DNA of 64,000 nucleotides from Carcharhinus amblyrhynchos (lineage: Eukaryota), in the NCBI GenBank assembly GCA_965287045.1, contig OZ336899.1, positions 32,984,001 to 33,048,000 on the forward strand, given 5' to 3'. Of this stretch, positions 46,666 through 56,880 are shown piece after piece. The notes under the pieces are model-generated. The model did not search any database. It was not told the DNA's origin and saw nothing but the letters and a program-made list of their open reading frames with translations. The position numbers were made by a program, and so were the translations under genes. Positions within the stretch are counted from its first letter, which is position 1. Each line of letters begins with the position of its first letter.

Positions 46666-49574
46666 AAGGCTATTGGAGGCCTGTGTGTCATTCCCACGAT
46701 GTACTACTTTATATTTCTCAGCACCTGTTAGCATTATCTTGTAAACTTCTAATCTTCCTCATTTTAGTGTCATTAGTAACATTTAATATCATTCACTTTG
46801 TGTCCATGTCCAAATAACTTATTAAAATTAGTCAATCTTCTTTGGCTTTGCAAATAGTAAGTCAAGATCAAATGCAAACTTCAGGTGAAACAAGATGAGA
46901 GAAGTGGACAATTGGACCAAGATATGTAGGCATAACACAGTCCTTGTTTTAATGTCATACTCAATCTTCCTTTTGTTTATATACTGCCATTATGGACTTC
47001 GATTTTATATTAACAGTGGAAAATGCCTGTGTCAGTGCAGTACATAGTAATTCCCACCCCCACCTACCACTGTGTTAGCTGTATCTTCAGTATAATTCTA
47101 GTAATATTTACATTAACAGCTGTCAACTATAAACGTACACATTGGAAATGAATCTGAACTGACAGGAGGTGCAAGAAGTTGTGTGTTTTTTAAATATATG
47201 GATTAGAAAGCAATGAGGTCCCATTATAAATCCAAAACATAAATTAATCCCTACTTATTGCTTTCTGCTGCCTAACCACCACTTCATGGCCACGTTATTT
47301 GCAATCTACGTGCCCTAATTTTTAAACATCCTAATCAGTATTTTCTGAAAAAAAAAATTGGACATTTTGTTTGAATTTCTGGGAAATCAACGTGTGTCAA
47401 AACTTCCCTGTAGTGTGCAACAATCACCAAAATGTGCAGAGATAGACAGGAAATATGTGACTGTTTTATCCTTTATAATCAATATAAATAGTCAGCATGC
47501 ACTTAATTTACTGGTTTATCTCAAATTTGCCTGTAAATTATTACAGCAACAAAATCTCAGGGTATTTGTAACAACGTTCATACTTTGGTGATTTTTGGGA
47601 ACTTGCTGGGGTCTATCGTCCTGCTGCTCTTTGTCACTGGAACAGTGTTCCAAGCTTCTTCTGTAGGTCGTCCACCACCTGCAAGGGTCAATAGTTACTG
47701 TTAAAACATGCATTATTTAGTTAATGTGATCACATCCGTTTAATACAGCTAGTTAACAGATGCAGGGATTTGGATAAAAAAATTAATTACTTTGGTCTTG
47801 GAACCAGAAGCCACTATTCTCCTCAAACTGGAGTCCTTACTCAAATAGTTTGGACAGATGTTAACTCCCCACACTAGATTTAAAAAAATTACAGAACATT
47901 CCTGAAATAAAAATAGTCAATGATGGAAATACTCAGTAGGTCAGCCAGGCATTATTTTCTGACCTGTGTTTCAATATCTTTCACCTATTTTCCACAAACT
48001 GAGATGGTTACGTTTTAAAAAGAATTCAGGTGGTGTGTGAATGAATACACAAAAGAAGCCAACATTCAGTCAAACTCACGAATAAAACAATCCAAACCAC
48101 TTATAAATCAATGCAACTTAATGCAATAAGGCTGGTTCCTGCTACCTGAACAGCCATCCATCTAAATGGAAAAAGAGAACTCAATTAGATAGGCTCTACT
48201 TGAGTAGACCAAGACGTGACACCCAAAAATATATTCATTGCCATTGACAGAATGAGAAGCAGTACAATTGCAAGAATATACATTAAACTGATCACACCTG
48301 AAAAGGCAGCTCCAGAAGAAGTTGCTTCTTACCTGGTCTTCTTTTGTCTTGTTTGGACAATAGTTGTTGATGAACCTTTAATTGTTGCTGCTGTTCTTCA
48401 ATTTGTGCTTCTTTGTGAATCTGTTCAATGGTCTTTGGCCCCTGCTCGACCCTCCGTGACACCCAATTTTTCTGTAAACGAATGTAACACATTTGGTGCA
48501 TTTAGAAGAGTCGGAACTGACATGATTTGACAACATATCTGGATATTCTCATGGTGTCAATACTGCATTTCTGCAAGTTGGATTTCAGACTTCAAAAAAA
48601 CTCTTTGCCCAAGACACATAAACATCATACAATGTATGCCATTAAATTTGTTAAAATTCTGCAAAAGTCTAAAACTTGCAAAAAACACAAATTGAATATT
48701 CAATAATTATCATAGTGTTCTTTTCTTTTTCATAAATCACAAGTCACCAACATGTAATTATTCTCTACCCACTTACAGGCAACAGTAGAATGTTTGAAAG
48801 AGACACAGAGAAAATATTTCCAAATGCTCTGCATATTTCCTCACCTTGACAAGCATACACATTAAGCCAAAACAAATCGTCACACAATGACAGGATAATG
48901 AATAATTTTTAGTCCAAGATCCAAATCCATTGTTTCTTCAGAGCAAAATTATACTTTTAGAATTAAAACACACAGCTACAAGGGATCTTGTCACAGAAGT
49001 ATTTTTAACCCTCTCAATTATAGACAGTTAGGGTGGCATACTCCTTAAAGAGGTCTGCTCTTGCAGCTTTCCTCACCAATCTGGGCACTTTGGAGGGGAA
49101 GGCAAGATAGGAGGAATAGTAATTTACCAAGGTTAGAGGGGCCTGTAAACTCACAAGCTTGCTTCTTTGCATGTAATTTGTTCCTTTGGAAGAAATGCCT
49201 GTAGTCCTAGCTCAACACCAAAACGGGAGTTTAAAAACTCTTAATTTTATTAAGTTCGCAACATTATGGAACATTTTAGATATGGACAAAAAATTTTGGC
49301 CCTACCAGCAATAAAACCAATATTTCAGATAGGTCTTCAGCAAATTTAGTGCATCAGAAAGTACTCTTGTAACATTTAATTAGAAACGCCTGAAAAACTT
49401 AAAAAGTTGTACAGAAGTGATTTACCACTTTAAACAGCAAAGACACAGAGAAAGAAATGGACTACATACCATTCTCACATCTATCACATCTTGGAGCATA
49501 AAACGTATTCTAGACGATGTTTTCCTTTCTTTCACTATCTTTTCCATTTGGTTGAAATACTGGTCCATGCGAGG
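10475..49574 (-). CDS. EIF4G3: Eukaryotic translation initiation factor 4 gamma 3, 3' portion (15 spliced exons, 624 aa; 5' part lies beyond the window end)
   Basis: Exons 49470-49574, 48333-48471, 47584-47678, 42757-42850, 40666-40756, 34191-34387, 31954-32069, 29115-29287, 27677-27802, 24121-24202, 23880-23978, 18191-18337, 13730-13811, 11769-11915, 10475-10656 sum to 1875 nt, all GT-AG and phase-compatible. Translation follows vertebrate eIF4G; the C-terminus ([46 protein letters not shown]) and [13 protein letters not shown] fit EIF4G3 better than EIF4G1 (from recall). Confidence 0.96.
11401..11560 (+). repeat. 80-bp tandem duplication, 2 near-identical copies
   Basis: 11401-11480 vs 11481-11560 differ by two 1-nt indels and one substitution. 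Confidence 0.95.
11769..11915 (-). CDS. EIF4G3: EIF4G3 exon, W2 ([23 protein letters not shown]...[19 protein letters not shown])
   Basis: ctctag| acceptor, |gtaagt donor, 147 nt, phase 1/1. Confidence 0.96.
13730..13811 (-). CDS. EIF4G3: EIF4G3 exon ([27 protein letters not shown])
   Basis: cttcag| acceptor, |gtaaaa donor, 82 nt, phase 0/1. Confidence 0.96.
14220..14570. mobile_element. CR1 3' tail (+) interrupted by an HE1-like SINE 3' fragment (-, about 14374-14540)
   Basis: 'ggggcaatttagtgtggccaatcaacctaacctgcacatctttg' is reverse SINE body; the flanks read as a continuous CR1 3' UTR. Confidence 0.7.
15813..16075 (+). repeat. Minisatellite, 28-bp unit GCTCACCCAGCCACACACGTCCCCATTT, about 9 copies
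   Basis: Exact tandem units 15841-16040 with degenerate flanking units. Confidence 0.95.
16266..17495 (+). repeat. G-rich minisatellite, 33-bp unit GAGCACTGGGAGTGGGGCGAAGGGGCCGGAGCA with length variants, about 38 copies
   Basis: Visible directly; the stop-free unit explains six overlapping ORFs with 11-aa periodicity. Confidence 0.97.
18191..18337 (-). CDS. EIF4G3: EIF4G3 exon, start of W2 region (KLEFTVSD...EQIFDWVE)
   Basis: ttgcag| acceptor, |gtaggt donor, 147 nt, phase 0/0. Confidence 0.96.
18860..19300 (-). mobile_element. Old CR1 LINE 3' fragment
   Basis: 'gaattccaaagattc...gagaagaaatttc...ggggaaacatcctc...accctgtcaag' reverse CR1 3' end. Confidence 0.7.
20747..20863 (+). pseudogene. 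Decayed full-length 5S rRNA copy (or 5S-derived SINE head)
   Basis: gcctattgccatac...tctcagaagctaag...gtacatggatgggag...cctgggaa...ttt is colinear with vertebrate 5S rRNA over 117 nt, with many substitutions and CpG decay. Confidence 0.85.
20864..20950 (+). mobile_element. Truncated tRNA-derived SINE head
   Basis: Similar to the reverse complement of 62690-62785 (ggaagac.gtggt...tggac...taatc...ttca..tcc...agtggaatt.aa). Confidence 0.55.
21843..23251 (-). mobile_element. 5'-truncated CR1 (HER1-like) LINE with a partly open RT
   Basis: ORF 22514-23278: [44 protein letters not shown]; ORF 22220-22423 is the C-terminal part; 3' tail near 21845. Confidence 0.95.
23880..23978 (-). CDS. EIF4G3: EIF4G3 exon ([33 protein letters not shown])
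   Basis: taatag| acceptor, |gtgaga donor, 99 nt, phase 0/0. Confidence 0.96.
24121..24202 (-). CDS. EIF4G3: EIF4G3 exon ([27 protein letters not shown])
   Basis: ttacag| acceptor, |gtgagt donor, 82 nt, phase 2/0. Confidence 0.96.
24508..24650. mobile_element. Fold-back Penelope-like remnant, family A
   Basis: cacagtaagaagtctcacaacacca ... tggtgttgtgagacttcttactgtg inverted arms. Confidence 0.75.
24670..25378 (+). mobile_element. CR1 LINE 3' fragment
   Basis: Decayed C-terminal ORF ([11 protein letters not shown]-like) and 3' UTR 'gggccgaagggcctctttccgtgctgtaaaagttctatga'. Confidence 0.85.
26045..27115 (-). mobile_element. LINE 3' part (CR1/L2 superfamily) split by a nested plus-strand CR1 piece at about 26295-26735
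   Basis: Minus ORF '[33 protein letters not shown]'; plus ORF '[36 protein letters not shown]'. Confidence 0.85.
27677..27802 (-). CDS. EIF4G3: EIF4G3 exon, MA3 ([41 protein letters not shown])
   Basis: tttcag| acceptor, |gtaagt donor, 126 nt, phase 2/2. Confidence 0.97.
28053..28236. mobile_element. Fold-back Penelope-like remnant, family A
   Basis: Same termini as the 3165 and 24508 copies; contains cacctgatgaaggagcagtgctcc. Confidence 0.75.
29115..29287 (-). CDS. EIF4G3: EIF4G3 exon, MA3 ([31 protein letters not shown]...EEFFKG)
   Basis: ttccag| acceptor, |gtgcgt donor, 173 nt, phase 0/2; in ORF 29051-29314. Confidence 0.97.
30140..30645 (+). mobile_element. CR1 (HER1-like) 3' fragment, same subfamily as 21843-23251
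   Basis: '[15 protein letters not shown]'; colinear with the reverse complement of about 21855-22360. Confidence 0.9.
30650..31090 (-). mobile_element. LINE 3' fragment, same family as 26045-27115
   Basis: Shares 'gtgccaatcaa...ttt..cctggatg.tgt.gagctt...ttccatcacact' with 26740-26850. Confidence 0.75.
31443..31618 (+). mobile_element. 5'-truncated V-SINE
   Basis: Colinear with 2090-2275. Confidence 0.85.
31954..32069 (-). CDS. EIF4G3: EIF4G3 exon, start of MA3 (KPEV...[24 protein letters not shown])
   Basis: ttgcag| acceptor, |gtgaac donor, 116 nt, phase 1/0. Confidence 0.96.
34191..34387 (-). CDS. EIF4G3: EIF4G3 exon, linker ([12 protein letters not shown]...RNRTKEN)
   Basis: aaatag| acceptor after a pyrimidine tract, |gtaatt donor, 197 nt, phase 2/1. 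Confidence 0.93.
34555..34710 (-). mobile_element. HE1-like SINE 3' fragment
   Basis: Similar to 14374-14540 and 51338-51500. Confidence 0.7.
35420..36160 (-). mobile_element. Old CR1 3' fragment
   Basis: Reverse CR1 motifs (gcattccagatcctaac, aacacctgtatcaaatctcc, gcccagaa, cttgccttgccacct). Confidence 0.7.
36845..37400 (-). mobile_element. CR1 3' fragment
   Basis: ORF 37086-37373 '[36 protein letters not shown]'; tail aacataagaaatagg. Confidence 0.85.
37560..38140. repeat. Unclassified interspersed repeat, related to 935-1270 in opposite orientation
   Basis: Shared motifs with 935-1270 and a G-rich degenerate middle. Confidence 0.5.
38600..40460 (-). mobile_element. Old CR1 fragment (RT region) containing an inverted insert at 38868-39268
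   Basis: Reverse RT motifs (acatctactggttcccctttat, ttggaaatcca, tcttccactgtgaag..cacaaaatattt). Confidence 0.75.
40666..40756 (-). CDS. EIF4G3: EIF4G3 exon ([29 protein letters not shown])
   Basis: tttcag| acceptor, |gtgagt donor, 91 nt, phase 1/2; SLNRFS motif. Confidence 0.94.
40800..41140 (-). mobile_element. Decayed Deu-type (SacSINE1-like) SINE
   Basis: Colinear with 62990-63375 (ggttgaggg..aaa.gt.ggccaggacac, atggga.ctt, cagcactcc..cagta..gcactg). Confidence 0.6.
41715..42510 (-). mobile_element. Decayed Penelope-like element, GIY-YIG endonuclease region plus terminal repeat (family B)
   Basis: Minus reading near 42430 gives [11 protein letters not shown] followed by frameshifted remnants of the FTC..VYC..C..C..YIGET pattern; 41715-41790 matches the family B terminus. 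Confidence 0.65.
42757..42850 (-). CDS. EIF4G3: EIF4G3 exon ([31 protein letters not shown])
   Basis: ccttag| acceptor, |gtaagt donor, 94 nt, phase 0/1; SWGKGSSGG motif. Confidence 0.96.
44990..45170 (-). mobile_element. LINE 3' tail, same family as 26045-26290
   Basis: 'tttattgcccat...ggtggtgagccaccatcttga...gggagggagttcca'. Confidence 0.7.
46639..46665 (+). repeat. Poly-C run (27 nt) within an old minus-strand CR1 remnant (about 46130-46810)
   Basis: Directly visible. Confidence 0.9.
47584..47678 (-). CDS. EIF4G3: EIF4G3 exon ([31 protein letters not shown])
   Basis: ttgcag| acceptor, |gtatga donor, 95 nt, phase 1/0. Confidence 0.95.
48333..48471 (-). CDS. EIF4G3: EIF4G3 exon ([27 protein letters not shown]...KRRP)
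   Basis: ttacag| acceptor, |gtaaga donor, 139 nt, phase 0/1; overlaps ORF 48292-48501. Confidence 0.97.
49470..49574 (-). CDS. EIF4G3: EIF4G3 exon, MIF4G C-terminal end ([35 protein letters not shown])
   Basis: ttccag| acceptor, |gtatgt donor, 105 nt, phase 0/0; conserved eIF4G motif. Confidence 0.97.
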
Positions 49575-51337
49575 CTGGAAGGAATAGTTACATTGTTAAA
49601 GATCAGGTTTTATTATTGAACTTTGTGGAATGTTTTCTGATGCAGCAATAAAGGTTTTGCATTAACACTTTTCATAATATCTGAGTTGCAGTGTTAATGT
49701 AAACCTACGTGTGACACTAATAAACTTTCAACTTTGCACCTATTAAAGCCAAATTTGAGGACACCACCAGCAATGCAAAGACAGATGGATATTATTTGAA
49801 AAAGAGGGCGAATTATCTTTAAGCTTTTCCACATCAATTTATTCAGGAATTATATGACTCAACTGCAGCTAGTATGCTGCAAGCAGCAATAAATAAACCT
49901 AATGTGCCAGAGATAGGCAGAGCAAGATATGATTCTTTTCAAAATGTCTCAGAACTGCTGAACGATGGCTGCAGGTACTAAAGTCATGAAGTAAATTCAG
50001 GGTTTTTTTTCCAGTTTGAAAAGCATCTGGATCGTACTGTTCATCTTATCCACTAGATGGCCCTATTGGCTACTACAATGCCACCAGAAGCTTTTGAAAT
50101 GAGCGGTTAAATATTTTAAAAGCCAATTATCAATGACCTTTAAGTTGCACCAATTATTAAAATGCCCCAGTCTCTTTCCTTCCTGTTTTTAGTAAAGTAG
50201 GACATCGCGCAATTGTATAAATTGCTTCCAGACACTAGAGAAGGATAACTGTAACCACAACAAAAGCTTTAACTTTAGAATTTCATTTAAGTGCAGAAGC
50301 CATATTTACAGATTTAGTCTCATTTGCCCCTCAAACGTCAGTAAGTTGAAGTGTTTAGCATCAGTTTCAGAATACAAGTGATTGAATGGAGGACAAATTA
50401 ACATGCTGTCAGCACATTTCAAGGATGGTAAATATCAGTACATGGGAGTACTTGAATAAGAACGACCCTCTCACTTATGAACAGTGTGCTCTCCATCCAC
50501 CCACTCATTATATCCTGAAAAGGATTCCCCCAGCAAACCCAGCTGAATGGAGTTGAAGAGTCTCCAGCCATTGACAAGCAAGGCAGTCAGAGCATCAATT
50601 TAACAGTAAAAACCCATACACAGAACTCTGATCCGACCCATCTTTAAAATAAGATGCTTACATCCCAACAAACTAAACTCATTGGGCACCACACATCTGA
50701 GTTTCTAGGTCCTCTCAAATTTTCCAAACTCATTTTACAAGAAATGTGTGTATGGCGATGAAAGCTAGTCTCCATATTTCACAATCTACTTTGATCTCAA
50801 AAGTCATTTTGGCCTCAGAAAAAGAACAAAAATGGTGGTCAATCCAGGAGGGGATGAATCAACGGAAAGATATGGAAGCGAGTCTAGGCAGCTTATTGGA
50901 AAACCCGTGCCAACCAAAGCTGTGTCAACAGTGTTCTGTTTCAAAGTAGAGACAGATTTTAAAAAGCAAGGGTTTTTAGCTCGAGAAGCAGGACATGGCC
51001 TCATGTCTAACATTATCTCGATTCACAAAGGTAGAGTTTGAAGTTAAGGAAATTGAGTTTTGATTACAATGTTGCATATGCTGTACGTTCACACTCGGGG
51101 CCCGATTTTACCATTTTGATTCTAAGTGCTGACTCTGGGAGTGTTTCAGATCTGACTTTTAGACCTGTTCTCTGGTGCCCCCATATGTACTCTGCCTGAA
51201 AAATCAATCAGCAATTCTGAAGCCTGTGGGCTGGGCTTATTGCCCCTGAAACACTGCTGCACATGCGCAGTAATAAAAATAGAAAAACACTAGCGTCTGT
51301 GAAATAAAGCAGCTTAATGATTCATACCTGTTCTCAT

Positions 51338-51500
51338 CTCAGAATCCTTACAGTGCAGAAAGAGGCCATTTGGCCCATTGAGCCTGCACCATCAACAATC
51401 CCAACCAGGCCCCATCCCCGTAACCCACATATTTACCCTGCTAATCTCCCTAACACGAAGGTGCAATTTAGCACAGCCAATCCATCTAACCCGCACATCT
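51338..51500 (-). mobile_element. HE1-like SINE 3' fragment
   Basis: 'gcaatttagcacagccaatccatctaacccgcacatct'. Confidence 0.75.
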
Positions 51501-51509
51501 CACTGGCGC

Positions 51510-52370
51510 TTGTAAGATTGGGAACAGCAGAACAGGAAAAAGCCATTTAGTCCCGCAAGCCTATTCCATTATCCAACATGATCATGGCTGATCTGCAGCC
51601 TAACTCCACCTATCTGCTTTTGCCCCATTTCCTTTTAATACCTTTAGTTAACAAAAATCGATCACTCTGTTTTAAAGCTAATTGATCAAGCATCAATTGC
51701 AATTTGCAGAAGAGCGACCCAAACTTCTACCACCCTCTGTGCCTGTAGAAATGTTTCCTAATGTCACTCCTAAAAGGTCTGGCTCTAATTTTATCTCCTT
51801 GTTCAAGACTTCAAGTAGTTCCTCTCTATCTGTCCCCCTTAATACTTCGACAACTTTAACCAAACCACCCTTCAATTTCCAAAATTTCAGGGAATTCAAC
51901 CCTGGTTTGTATAGTCTCTCCTTATGATATAAAGCTTGGAGTTCAGGTATAGATCTAGTAAATCCTTCCTAATTCTATATTCTGTCATGAGGTGGGATGC
52001 CCAGGACTGACCAAGTGTGTACACATGATTTCTACCCCTTGAGCACTAGTCTTCTAGATATTAGAGTCAGCATGCCATTAGTCTTTTTGATTCTGCACCA
52101 ATTCATTACATTTTAAATTATGTATCTCAACCCCTAAGGTTCTTTGGATCTTCACCTTTTAGAAAAGATCGGGTTCTGTTCTTTTTAGAGCCAAAGTCAA
52201 TCTTATAATGAAATCTATTTGCCTATCTACATTTGTTTCCAACTACGCTGCTTATATTGTCATCAGCAAATCAGATATGAAGTTATCCCTTCAACAAGAT
52301 CACTAATAAATGAATGGTTGCGATCCCAACACAGATTCACTCGGTACACCAGTTAGGCACCTTCTGAAAA
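51510..52370 (-). mobile_element. Old CR1 3' fragment
   Basis: Reverse CR1 3' UTR (gatcatggctgatctg) and RT remnants (tcatcagcaaat, cccaacacagatt). Confidence 0.7.
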
Positions 52371-53184
52371 GAAGATAAAAGCAGTGTGAAAGACATGTTA
52401 TTCAGTTTAAATCACACCTAGGTTACACTATTGTAAGGTTAGATACAAGTCAGTATGAGTGCACTCCTGTGTGTAGGGCATAGGGATGAACCTGAAAGAA
52501 CATTTAATACAGACGTAAAATCTGTACAGGAGACAACAATACCATAATTCAAATGTGCTTCTGCAAAATTTCAACTGGAAGCCGCATACATACTGTTATC
52601 ATGCTAATCCCAAATGGTTACTGCATAGTTGGTGTGATGCTGTACAAGTGACCATCATTATTGCTATGCAGAAGAAACAAAAATGAAAGGAAAAGAAAAA
52701 ACAAATGAAGTACGTTTCAAATAATTATTGATGACTAACCATCAGCAATGAGATCAATCACTGGATAATCTGTTTTAATGTGACTGATCATGGAATTAAT
52801 GTTTGTCAGCACAACAGGAAAACTCTCGCTGCTCTTCACATTGTATCACTATTTCATTTACGTCTAGCCAAAGCTCACGCGAAAGGCTATGGCTCTGACA
52901 ATGAAGTATTCCCACACTATCTCTCTGCATCCTGGATTATGAATTCAAGTTTCACGGCAGGGATTTGAACCTATGACGCTTTGACTCAGAGCCAAGAGTA
53001 CCACCTCTGAGCCTCAGAGGGTTCCTTGGGAAATAACCTACATTCCCTTCAACATCATTTCAATTTCCTCCAAAATAAAAGCTCATTTATTGTGGAAATC
53101 AATACTTGGAACCACTTTAGTTAGTATTTCCAATTGAGGCACACAGTCACAGCTAACGCCAATTTATTTCACACCTGTTCACCC

Positions 53185-53490
53185 AACTTCAGGACCCCAG
53201 GCACTCCGGACATTCTCTCTTCCACTTTCTTCCTTCGGGAAAAAGATACAAAAGTCTGAGGTCACGTACCAACCAACTCAAGAAAAGCTTCTTCCCTGCT
53301 GCCATCAGACTTTTGAATGGACTTACTGTGCAAAGTTGATCTTTCTCTACACCCTAGCTATGACAGTGACACTACATTCTGCATGCTCTCATTTCCTTCT
53401 CCATGTACAGTATGCTTTTGCCTGTACAGCACGCAAGAAACAATACTTTTCACTGTATGTTAATACAAATAACAATAATCAGATCAATCA
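53185..53490 (+). mobile_element. Rex1/Babar-type LINE 3' end
   Basis: Colinear with 610-905 (cttccctgctgccatca.acttttgaatgga, tctttctctacaccctagctatgac). Confidence 0.85.
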
Positions 53491-53892
53491 CAGAGAACTT
53501 CTAAATTATATACTGACCACATCTGACTTGGAAACCCAGCAGCTAAAACATTTCAAGGATTTAGGAATTCTTTTGGAGGATGGTAGAGAGGACAAAATTG
53601 TATGTGGCAGCAGTACAGGTATGGATTATGGCTAAAACATTTTACCTGAGTGCTAAATCAAACTGCCGTAATATTTCAAACCTGAAGATTACTTGGACAG
53701 TCCGTCAACTGTATTTCAATAATTCTAACTGCCAAACCAATGATCAGAATCAAAATCCCACCACCAATCAGCAAACACACCATTTTCCTCCAAGTGGTTG
53801 CATGCTCAGGTCAGAATCAAGCCAATGATTTTTGTTTGGGTGTGGTGGTGAGACAAGGGCAGAGAAGAGAAAATGACTATGTTAACAGGGCC

Positions 53893-54145
53893 ACAAACAG
53901 AAAATGCTGGAAAATCTCAGCAGGTCTGAGAGCATCTGTGGAGAGAGAATACAGCCAACGTTTCAAGTCTAGATGGCCCTTCGTCAGAGCTGCAGGATGC
54001 CGACAAAGGGCTCTGACAAAGGATCATCCAGACTCAAAATGTTGGCTCTATTCTTTCTCCACAGATGCTGTCAGACCTGCTGAGATTTTCCAGCATTTTT
54101 TGTTTGTATTTCAGATTCCAGCATCCACAGTGATTGGTTTTATGT
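53893..54145. mobile_element. Fold-back Penelope-like remnant, family B
   Basis: About 100-bp arms: aaaatgctggaaaatctcagcaggtctga ... tcagacctgctgagattttccagcatttt. Confidence 0.8.
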
Positions 54146-56592
54146 TAACATTCCTTCATGGGTCATTAATGAAGATACTTTAAGCCTAAGTGTATGCTCA
54201 ACTTAAGTTAGCTGTGATGGAAACAATTTTTTGTCACGTGGCGGGTTCAGCTGCAAAATTGCACAATGTTACCCATCTTGCTGAAATTATTCAATGCTCA
54301 TGTCTTAACATCATAATCCACACATTTGTGTGCCCCTGACTGAAATACAAACCTAAAAATCTACCCAAATTCCCCAGGGAATTGTGTTAACATTGTTCAG
54401 TTCAATTTTCATTAGATCACACCTGAGATCAAAGCACCTACAGCACAGAAAGGCTATTGTTCATTCTCCAAGAATGCTTCTCATTTTCCTAAATTTTAAT
54501 TTTCAATGGCAATTATGGATGTTGCTTCCACAACTAATTCTCCTGCAACATTCTATAACACCATATCCCACTTTGGCTTCACCCCATCTGAGCTAGCATC
54601 TTAATGCAGTATTGAGGATGCATTTTGAATGTGATGTTCAATAGAGGGCTGATCTGTCCAAAGGGATAAAAAAGGTTCCAAAGCACTAATCACAAAGGAA
54701 GCCAGGGCTACAGATCATTTATATTACTGCTTTTAGGAGGACCTTGCTGTGTGCAAATTGGTTTAATGATATGCATTCGAAAGCAGTTTGCTACTGAATT
54801 CTAGAAGACTTTGGAATTCAAAATCAAAACATTTTCAAACATGGCTTTCACTCATACACTGTCAATATTCTTGAGTTGTGCCACCTTTTAACTGTTCACC
54901 TAAGTGTCCAATCCCCATTTGCCCACCTGAGACCTGCACCAATGCTGTAATCAGTGAACCTGGCCAATTCTCCCTCCTCTTCTGAATTCAGTGGACGCTG
55001 AACCCAACTAATCTGGTTCCATCACTATCCAAATAACAGCAACCAAAACAGCCCAATACTACTTAATTTTAACACAAGGTTACGATTTGTGCTTTTGTCC
55101 AACATGTGCCTTCAGAGCAAAATCAGGTTTTATAAACAGATTTGAGCTTTCCCATGAAATCAAACCCTGCAGGGGTGCACACCCACGGGGGCCTGAGGGT
55201 TAGTCCTCAACAATCGTATATCACATTGTGACTACTCTGATAAGTAATAAACCACGTCATCAAACTATGTCAAACTCAGTTAATTGATTTGTTTATAAGA
55301 GTAAATCCTTGTATAAAATTAGATTTACACATAAAACTGATCATGCAACAGCCAGTCCCAAAGCCTAGCGTTTTCTAAATCTCTTACAGATGTTACATGA
55401 GACACATTCTTGAAGCCCCTCCCAACTACCTCAGGTCATACAGGAATACAAAATTAGGGAACTGAACAACTTATGATTCTGAGATGTACAGGTAGAACCC
55501 TCAGTTTGTTAAACTACGTCTTATCCAGCTCTTGTATAAACTCTCAGACTAACACTTTTAAGCAACTGAAACCTCACCTTTGAGTAATGACCATAATGTT
55601 AACATTTGTGCCAGTATGTATAACAGTTGCTATCTTGTACTGCACATAGGATCGGGCTTTGATCTTGCCTTGTATTAAGTGTCCCATTCATATTAATCCA
55701 CTAACAATTTCAAGGCCTTTAAGAATCCACCTGCATCATCCTGTTCCTGGATCTGCCAAATTGCGTGTATGGCGGTAATGTTCCTCCTTCCTGTTTCATG
55801 CGCACAGAGTCTCACCAACGTTCAAACGTTTTCAGTATCTGTGTCCCAGTGTGACGAACATGGTGTTTCCCTCAGTGTCAAAGGGTTTGACTTTTCTGAC
55901 TAGATTCAATTTTTTAAAAAACAACAAAGCTCTAATGAAAATGTTTGGTTAATCTAAATTTTAAATTATATTTCATATGTAGAAAAACCTTTAAATTAGA
56001 GACCTTAGGGACAGGCTATACTTTATTTGCAGACATTCTTTTTCACCCTGTGACCACTTCTCAATCTTAAAGAACCAGCTAAGATTATGATCAGCATGTT
56101 AACAGCTGCAACACGGTTAAGAGACCCTGCCCGCACACCAGCATTCAGTTCAATCCACTTAATTGTTTTGCCTTCCAAATTCTTGTTTTATTTCACCTTA
56201 AGGGTGGGGTGCAACTTCAGTAATAAATTGCACTTTTCAGTTCAATCTGTCAGCAGTAGCATAGTCACAGAACGAAAAAACAGGAGAATGTGACGACAGG
56301 TTCTGACAACACATAGAATGGAATGAAAATGTTTAGGAGGAAAAACACAAGTATATGAGTGAAACTGCCATGTTCTAGCTGAGCAGCAAGTCTGAGACTG
56401 ACAGATAGTTGGAACTCTCAGACATGTCCATCACTCTATAGAGACAGAAACCAAGGATAGCCATCCACCTTCATAGCCTAAAGCCCAATGCAAACTAATC
56501 AAAGAGGCATATCTATCACAGAAATTGAGTGAACAGATGACAGGATCAAGAGCAGTATAGTTGCTAGCGGCCACCAGTAAAGTGTACTGACC

Positions 56593-56880
56593 TTAAAGTT
56601 TATTTATTAGTCACAAGTAGGCTTAAGTTAACATTGCGATGAAGTTACTGTGAAAATGAAAATCCCCTAGTCACCACATTCCAGCACCTGTTTGGGTACA
56701 TCGAGGAAGAGTTTAGCATGGTCAATACACCTAATCAGCAGGGTGGGAGGAAACCGGAGCATCCGGAGGAAACCTACGCAGACACAGGGAGAAGGTGCAG
56801 ACTCCACACAGACAGTGACCCCAGGCCAGAACTGAGCCTGGGGCCCTGGCGCGGTGAGGCAGCAGTGCTAATCACCGTGA
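56593..56880 (-). mobile_element. Near full-length V-SINE (HE1-like)
   Basis: Reverse complement of the 1971-2283 element with an internal deletion. Confidence 0.88.

Noticed and set aside
10475-49574. EIF4G1 identity and an intronic SNORD66-type snoRNA
   Set aside because: Diagnostic residues fit EIF4G3; by eye I saw no SNORD66-like or clear C/D box snoRNA, though an Infernal scan is needed to exclude one
55817-55900. Possible cassette exon on minus (tag|TCAG...GTTG|gtgaga)
   Set aside because: Stops in all three frames and no polypyrimidine tract at the acceptor
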